Assembly (NCBI GenBank): GCA_028286905.1
Contig: JAQBQP010000001.1
Coordinates: 79,114 to 143,113, forward strand
Direction of reading: 5' to 3'
DNA length: 64,000 bases
Source: Candidatus Doudnabacteria bacterium
Lineage (GTDB): Bacteria; Patescibacteriota; Doudnabacteria; UBA920; VMFF01
Shown: one piece after another, positions 58,833-64,000 of the stretch
How the letters are laid out: each line of letters begins with the position of its first letter
Position numbering within the stretch: the first letter of the stretch is position 1
Translations under genes and position numbers: made by a program
The notes under the pieces: model-generated
The model's input: the letters and a program-made list of their open reading frames with translations, nothing else
The model's database searches: none
What the model was told of the DNA's origin: nothing

Positions 58833-59216
58833 TCATGCGACCGCGGTGGCGGGGCTGGCTGACCTCCTGACAGCCAAGCTGGTTGGAGGAACGCGCCCCG
58901 CCAAAGCACTCCCCACGCTCGCTTGAACGGCGCCGGGACTTCGATCGGTCGAGCCAGTACTCCAGCAGGAAAACCTGCTGAGGTACAAGTTATGGGTTGT
59001 CAGGGCTGGCCGGATCATACTTGTCGGCTCGAGGATCGGTACATACTCGTCGGTCAATGGACTCGTGAGAGGCATCAACGGATGAGTGTAAACGATCGAC
59101 GAACTGACCGGAACCGTGCTAGCGCCGACGTTCGTAGCAGGTACTCCCGCTGCGATCAAACACATCGCAGCGATTGAACAAGCTACGCGAACCCGGGGTG
59201 ACACTAACTTCATCAC
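58833..59216 (-). CDS. Small secreted hypothetical protein (127 aa) in GC-rich islet
   Basis: AAGGAGGTG SD 2 nt before ATGATG; Sec-type signal peptide (MMKLVSPRVRVACSIAAMCLIAAGVPATNVGA); Ser/Thr/Pro-rich mature part; ~57% GC. Confidence 0.45.
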   Translation of the reverse strand: MMKLVSPRVRVACSIAAMCLIAAGVPATNVGASTVPVSSSIVYTHPLMPLTSPLTDEYVPILEPTSMIRPALTTHNLYLSRFSCWSTGSTDRSPGAVQASVGSALAGRVPPTSLAVRRSASPATAVA

Positions 59217-59494
59217 ACCTCCTTGGTGGATGCTGCAGCTGACCTGCGCGTAAAAACACTATAAGCTAAAAACGACTGCGGGTCAAATGCCACAAAACCT
59301 CATCTTTACAGGGTCAAAAGTATCTGGTAACCTATGAATAAGCCTAATCCGGCGTCACCGGATCTCTAATATAGAGGGGCGTGGAAAGAGCCTTGCAGCA
59401 AGCAAGGTGTAGACTCCACCGCTATCCCGCGTAACAGGAATGATTAAGTAATAAATCAAGTTGGTACCTCGCCTTTGCAATTAACGGCGAACTT

Positions 59495-59520
59495 GAGCAC
59501 CTTTGGTGCTTTTTATTTTT
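59495..59520 (+). terminator. Hairpin plus U-tract 12 nt before valS ATG (attenuator-like element in ~300-nt GC-rich structured leader)
   Basis: GAGCACC-ttt-GGTGCTT followed by TTTTATTTTT; leader 59230-59530 also has ATCCGG-cgtca-CCGGAT hairpin. Confidence 0.5.
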
Positions 59521-59531
59521 GGAAAAATATT

Positions 59532-61715
59532 ATGACAGAAAATTCAAACGAGAAATTAGACGAGATGGCTTCTTCCTACGACTCCCGCGCTACAGAGGAT
59601 GCTATTTATAAACTTTGGGAAGATTCCGGATTTTTTAATCCTGACAATCTTACGGGCGAACCTTTCAGTATGATGTTGCCTCCACCAAATGTCACAGGGA
59701 CTTTGCATATAGGCCACGCCTACGAAGAAACCCTTCAAGACATTGTCATCCGTTTTCAAAGGATGCAGGGCAAGAAAGTTTTGTGGCTTCCAGGGACTGA
59801 CCATGCGCCAATTGCTACTGAGTCTAAAGTGGTTAAGCTTTTAGAAAAAGAAGGTAAAAGAAAAACCGATTTCACCCGAGAAGATTTTCTAGCAAGAGTA
59901 AATAAATTTGCTCAAGAAAGCCATGACACAATAGTAAATCAAGTTAAAAAACTTGGTGCTTCTTTAGACTGGAGTCGCGAAGCTTATACCTTTGATGAAA
60001 AAAGAAACTTTGCAGTTAGAACTGCCTTCAAAACGATGTACGACTTAGGTTTAATATATCGTGGCGATCGAGTTATAAATTGGGACCCAAAAGGTCAGAC
60101 AACAATTTCGGATGACGAAATTGTCCATGAAGAACGCAAGGCTAAAATGTATACTTTCAAATACAGTGCGGACTTCCCTATTTCGATTTCTTCGACCCGA
60201 CCGGAAACTAAAGTTGGCGACGTTGCAGTTGCCGTTCATCCTGCTGACGACCGCTATAAACAATTTGTTGGCAAGGAATACGATGCGATTTTCTGCGAAG
60301 TTCCAATCCATATTAAAATTATTGCTGACGAAAGCGTAGAAAAAGATTTTGGCACCGGCGCTTTAGGTGTTACCCCTGCACACTCAATGATCGATTATGA
60401 AATTGCTCAAAGACATAATCTTCCACTTAAAACAGTTATTAATGAGTTCGCAAAGATGACGGTAGAAGGCCTTTTGAAAGATAAAAAAACTACGGACGCA
60501 CGGGAAATTGTTGTTGAATGGTTACGCTCTCAAAATCTTCTGGAAAAAGAAGAAGAGGTTGTTCAAAACGTCTCTACTTCGGAGAGAACTGGCGCAGTAA
60601 TTGAACCTTTGCCAAAACTACAATGGTTTATAGATGTAAATAAGGACTTTGCTTTCCCACACTCCGAATTAGCGGGAATCAAACAAGGTGACGCAATTAG
60701 CTTGAAAAAGCTAATGCGTCAGGTCGTGGAAAGTGGCGCAATTAAATTTAGCCAAGAAAATTATCAAAAAGTTTATTTTAATTGGATTAACAATCTTAGG
60801 GACTGGTGTATTAGCAGGCAAATCTGGTTTGGCCATCGTATCCCAGTGTGGTATAAAGATTCGGAAATTTACTGCGGCATAGAAGCTCCTACTGGTGAAG
60901 GTTGGACTCAGGATTCAGACACCTTAGATACTTGGTACTCATCCGGACTCTGGACGACTAGCACCTTGGGTTGGCCGGAACAAACTAAAGATTTCAAAAC
61001 TTACCATCCAACTTCTTTGGTAATGCCGGGCTATGAAATTCTGTTCCCCTGGGTTGCTCGGATGATTTTAATGACAACTAGTTTAACCGGACAAATCCCT
61101 TTTAAAGAAGTTTTACTGCATGGAATTGTTCGCGACAATAAAGGTAGAAAATTTAGTAAGTCTTTAGGTAATGGTGTAGACCCTTTAGAAATAATTGAGC
61201 AGTACGGAGCTGACGCTTTGCGGATTGCTTTAATTTTTAGCACTGCTCCCGGTAACGATGTAATATTTGACGAGCAAAAAGTTAAAGGAATGAAGCATTT
61301 CGCAAACAAGATTTGGAATATTGCGAGATTTGTTTTAGCAAACACCGATACTGCTTTAATGAACACAACTAGTTCCAGGAAACCAGAAGGCCTAACAGAA
61401 GCTGACAAGGAGGTATTGGCAAAGCTAGATGAGGTTGTGATTGCAACAACTGCGCACATTGAAGCATCCCGTTTCCACGAAGCGGCTCAAGCTTTATACC
61501 AATTTGCTTGGTACGAATTTGCAGATAAATACATTGAGGCGAGCAAAGAACAATTGTTGGATGCAAATCAGAAAGAAAACACACAAAAGATTCTGCTTTA
61601 CAATTTGGATGTAACACTACGTTTATTGCATCCGTTCATGCCGTTCGTCACCGAAGAACTTTGGAAAAATCTAAAGAAAGAGAAGCTGCTGTTAATAAGC
61701 GAGTGGCCTAAATAG
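59532..61715 (+). CDS. valS: Valyl-tRNA synthetase (short, CPR-type)
   Basis: HIGH (TGTLHIGHAYEET), KMSKS (KFSKSLGN), editing domain; 727 aa. Confidence 0.9.
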   Translation: MTENSNEKLDEMASSYDSRATEDAIYKLWEDSGFFNPDNLTGEPFSMMLPPPNVTGTLHIGHAYEETLQDIVIRFQRMQGKKVLWLPGTDHAPIATESKVVKLLEKEGKRKTDFTREDFLARVNKFAQESHDTIVNQVKKLGASLDWSREAYTFDEKRNFAVRTAFKTMYDLGLIYRGDRVINWDPKGQTTISDDEIVHEERKAKMYTFKYSADFPISISSTRPETKVGDVAVAVHPADDRYKQFVGKEYDAIFCEVPIHIKIIADESVEKDFGTGALGVTPAHSMIDYEIAQRHNLPLKTVINEFAKMTVEGLLKDKKTTDAREIVVEWLRSQNLLEKEEEVVQNVSTSERTGAVIEPLPKLQWFIDVNKDFAFPHSELAGIKQGDAISLKKLMRQVVESGAIKFSQENYQKVYFNWINNLRDWCISRQIWFGHRIPVWYKDSEIYCGIEAPTGEGWTQDSDTLDTWYSSGLWTTSTLGWPEQTKDFKTYHPTSLVMPGYEILFPWVARMILMTTSLTGQIPFKEVLLHGIVRDNKGRKFSKSLGNGVDPLEIIEQYGADALRIALIFSTAPGNDVIFDEQKVKGMKHFANKIWNIARFVLANTDTALMNTTSSRKPEGLTEADKEVLAKLDEVVIATTAHIEASRFHEAAQALYQFAWYEFADKYIEASKEQLLDANQKENTQKILLYNLDVTLRLLHPFMPFVTEELWKNLKKEKLLLISEWPK

Positions 61716-61732
61716 GTCGCATTAATAGTCCA

Positions 61733-61759
61733 AAACACCGCTCCCAATAGGCGGTTTTT
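61733..61759 (+). terminator. Intrinsic terminator after valS
   Basis: AACACCGC-tcccaatag-GCGGT followed by TTTTTGG. Confidence 0.6.
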
Positions 61760-61762
61760 GGT

Positions 61763-61791
61763 TTGACTTTGATAAAAATTTCTTCTATACT
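61763..61791 (+). promoter_or_regulatory. Promoter TTGACT-17-TATACT for GC-rich 154-aa gene
   Basis: Read from sequence; ~85-nt leader with GAGGTG SD. Confidence 0.5.
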
Positions 61792-61878
61792 CCTATATCG
61801 TTCTAGTTCGAAAAACGCCAAGGAGGCCTCATAGATAACAACAAAGGTCTCTGGCAACCCACTTTCTCGAGGTGCAGA

Positions 61879-62343
61879 ATGCGTAAGTACTTAGGGACTC
61901 TATTTTTAGTTAGCTTGATCGTGATGATAGGCGTCTCGGCCTTAGTCCTCAGATCGTCGCCTAAACCTGGCAGCCGCCTTGCTCTGCAGCATCAATGGGC
62001 AGATTCATCGCGGCTCTCTGGACGAGAGATCAGAGTTCTTGCAATGATCCCTGACACCGCGCGCTGCGCAAACTTCTACAACTCGCTCAATCGCCTGGGT
62101 TGGGTCCTGCTTCAGACAGAGAGCGATGACTCCAGCTTCTACTCTCATATGACCAAGGAGGATTACGCCCGTGCCGCCCGAACAATCGTGGAGCGCGACA
62201 GCGCCTACCGGCAGCTGTGCACGAGTAACCGTACATTCGTAGCGACCCAGAAATACAAGCTTGCAGTCGCGCGCGCAAGGGAGGTGCTTGACCTGGAGAA
62301 AGCCTACTACGCGGCGTTAACCAACTCGAGCAGCTTGCGGTAG
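61879..62343 (+). CDS. Hypothetical membrane-anchored protein (154 aa) in GC-rich islet
   Basis: N-terminal signal-anchor/TM (LGTLFLVSLIVMIGVSALVL) then soluble alpha-helical domain; ~56% GC; own promoter and terminator. Confidence 0.5.
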   Translation: MRKYLGTLFLVSLIVMIGVSALVLRSSPKPGSRLALQHQWADSSRLSGREIRVLAMIPDTARCANFYNSLNRLGWVLLQTESDDSSFYSHMTKEDYARAARTIVERDSAYRQLCTSNRTFVATQKYKLAVARAREVLDLEKAYYAALTNSSSLR

Positions 62344-62371
62344 ATACACCCGCGCCGATGTTGTTACAACG

Positions 62372-62402
62372 AAAACGCCCCGACTTGCAATCGGGGCGTT
62401 TT
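62372..62402. terminator. Bidirectional GC-rich terminator shared by the 154-aa gene and convergent rpoC
   Basis: AAAACGCCCCGA-cttgcaa-TCGGGGCGTTTT. Confidence 0.75.
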
Positions 62403-62450
62403 GTTATTTATCAACAGTTTATACCGTAGGGTTGATACCTAGGGTGAACC

Positions 62451-64000
62451 TTAGGCTTCGACTTCGTCTTGGCCTGGAGCCTTTAGATCGGCGTCGATTA
62501 GTTCCTCTGCAACAACGGGGTTGAACCCGGTTCCTGCTGGAATCAACTTACCGATGATAACGTTTTCCTTCAAACCTCTTAAGGTATCGGTCTTAGCTGC
62601 TAAAGCCGCTTCGATCAATACACGCGTGGTTTCTTGGAAGGATGCCGCTGCTAGGAATGATTCGGTGTTCAAGGAAACTTTTGTAATACCCATCAAAAGT
62701 TGTTCTGCTTGGGCAGCCTTGCGGCCATCGGCAACTAACTTTTCATTGGTGTCATTCAAACGTGCCTTGTCGATCAAATCGCCTACTAGGAATTCAGAAT
62801 CGCCTGCTTCCAAGATTCTCATCTTAGAGAACATTTGGCGAACGATAACTTCAACGTGTTTATCGTGAATATTCTGACCTTGAGAAACGTAAATATCTTG
62901 AACTTCTTTTACGATATAGTTTTGCGCATCTTGGGTACCGCGCAAGCCTAATATTTGTCCAAGGTTTAAGTTACCTTCGGTCATCTGCTGACCCTTAGTA
63001 ACTAAGTCATGATCTTTAATAGATAGAGAGAACGAAGTTGGGATAGTGTATTCACGAACATGCTCATCGGATTCTCGAACAACAATAATTTTGTTGTTTT
63101 GCATGTGAACAATACCTGCAGCCTTAGCTTTTACAGCCTTACCAGCGCCGTTAATAAACAATGCTTCGTTTTCTGTAACCTTATCGCCATCTTTTAATTG
63201 AGTTTGAGCTTCATCCAAAGTGTACTCATCTTTCTCTGCGCCTTCGCTTTGAATTCGGACTAAGTATTCTTTGTTGTTAGGCTTGCTGATATAAGCAGTA
63301 CCATCAATATCAGAAACTGTAGCCTGACCTTTTGGTTCACGAGCTTCAAACAATTCTTCAACACGAGGCAAACCTTGAGTAATGTCGACACCCGCTACAC
63401 CTCCAGTGTGGAATGTACGCATCGTCAACTGTGTTCCTGGCTCACCAATCGCCTGAGCAGCCACGATTCCTACCGCAGCTCCAAGCTTAACCATCTCATT
63501 GAATCCAAGGTCGTAACCGTAACATAGACGGCAAACGCCTCGAACCAATTTACATTTCAAAACTGAACGACATTTTACGGAATCAATTCCGGAATCGGCT
63601 GCACCGATCAACTTAGAAATGTGTTCGTCTAAACCTTCGTTTTTCTTTACCAAAACTTTACCGTCATTATCCTTAATGTCTTCAGCGGCAACACGACCAA
63701 ACAAACGACGGTCGAACCCTTTGTTCATTTGTTCAGCCATTGCGCGAGTTACATCAATATAATCTAAAGTTCCACAATCCTCTGAATTCACAACGATATC
63801 TTGAGCAACGTCTACTAAACGTCTAGTTAAGTAACCAGCGTCCGCTGTTCTCAAAGCTGTGTCGGACATACCTTTACGAGAACCGTGAGTAGAAATGAAG
63901 TATTCCAATACTGTTAGACCTTCTTTGAAGGAACCTTTTACAGGAAGTTCAATAACGTCTCCGGCAGGGTTTACCACTAAACCTTTCATACCGGCCATCT
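62451..64000 (-). CDS. rpoC: DNA-directed RNA polymerase subunit beta' (C-terminal portion; gene continues past window end)
   Basis: Conserved beta' C-terminal regions (…[12 protein letters not shown]…, trigger-loop/jaw segments, [17 protein letters not shown]); no N-terminus within window. Confidence 0.9.
   Translation of the reverse strand, partial: MAGMKGLVVNPAGDVIELPVKGSFKEGLTVLEYFISTHGSRKGMSDTALRTADAGYLTRRLVDVAQDIVVNSEDCGTLDYIDVTRAMAEQMNKGFDRRLFGRVAAEDIKDNDGKVLVKKNEGLDEHISKLIGAADSGIDSVKCRSVLKCKLVRGVCRLCYGYDLGFNEMVKLGAAVGIVAAQAIGEPGTQLTMRTFHTGGVAGVDITQGLPRVEELFEAREPKGQATVSDIDGTAYISKPNNKEYLVRIQSEGAEKDEYTLDEAQTQLKDGDKVTENEALFINGAGKAVKAKAAGIVHMQNNKIIVVRESDEHVREYTIPTSFSLSIKDHDLVTKGQQMTEGNLNLGQILGLRGTQDAQNYIVKEVQDIYVSQGQNIHDKHVEVIVRQMFSKMRILEAGDSEFLVGDLIDKARLNDTNEKLVADGRKAAQAEQLLMGITKVSLNTESFLAAASFQETTRVLIEAALAAKTDTLRGLKENVIIGKLIPAGTGFNPVVAEELIDADLKAPGQDEVEA

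Noticed and set aside
59230-59531. Definite T-box riboswitch call for the valS leader
   Set aside because: Architecture fits, but I could not align the T-box consensus (AAUUAGGGUGGUACCGCG) or identify a Val specifier loop with confidence. Reported only as a structured attenuator-like leader.
1-64000. CRISPR arrays, rRNA genes, transposases/integrases, IS elements
   Set aside because: No spaced direct-repeat arrays, no rRNA-like conserved blocks, and no DDE/tyrosine-recombinase-like ORFs were seen on either strand.

Overview
The window is a low-GC (~38-45%) genome segment with dense housekeeping content in a Patescibacteria/CPR-like style: mostly core genes, two orphan type IV pilin-like genes, Shine-Dalgarno-poor or leaderless starts, and a TM-anchored ABC substrate-binding protein. 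Core genes recognisable from motifs include:
- Cell division and translation: ftsA-ftsZ, rpsU, hisS, lepB, der, pth, trpS, ychF, the rpsF-ssb-rpsR cluster, efp, tsaD, valS.
- DNA metabolism and repair: dprA, topA, uvrA, uvrC.
- Heat shock: an hrcA-grpE-dnaK-(membrane protein)-dnaJ operon with a CIRCE operator.
- Transport and export: a MarR + MacA/MacB-like efflux operon with a perfect 25-bp operator palindrome; secG; an oligopeptide-type substrate-binding protein.
- Other: rnj, a PGM/PMM, trxB, the 3' part of rpoC, tRNA-Lys(TTT) and tRNA-Glu(TTC), and a ~6 kb accessory stretch (43.7-49.7 kb) of small membrane proteins, ABM-like barrels, a GT39-like glycosyltransferase and a zf-UBP protein, followed by a 1082-aa secreted beta-helix/Fn3 surface protein.
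The main anomaly is at least six short GC-rich islets (about 52-62% GC), each carrying one or two ORFs with strong SD sites, sigma70-like promoters and GC-rich intrinsic terminators, wedged between core genes:
- 27.5-28.8 kb, between uvrA and uvrC: a 241-aa ORF plus a 69-aa ORF with an 11-bp perfect inverted-repeat operator.
- 30.7-31.45 kb: an HD-domain hydrolase.
- 38.66-39.6 kb: a 137-aa Cys/His protein.
- 49.75-50.45 kb: a 205-aa membrane protein.
- 58.8-59.5 kb: a 127-aa secreted protein next to a structured valS leader.
- 61.85-62.45 kb: a 154-aa membrane-anchored protein.
None of these islet genes could be assigned to a known family from sequence alone. They are the best candidates for horizontally acquired or otherwise foreign cargo, possibly an undescribed system; contamination or chimerism cannot be excluded.
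No CRISPR array, rRNA, transposase or integrase was seen.
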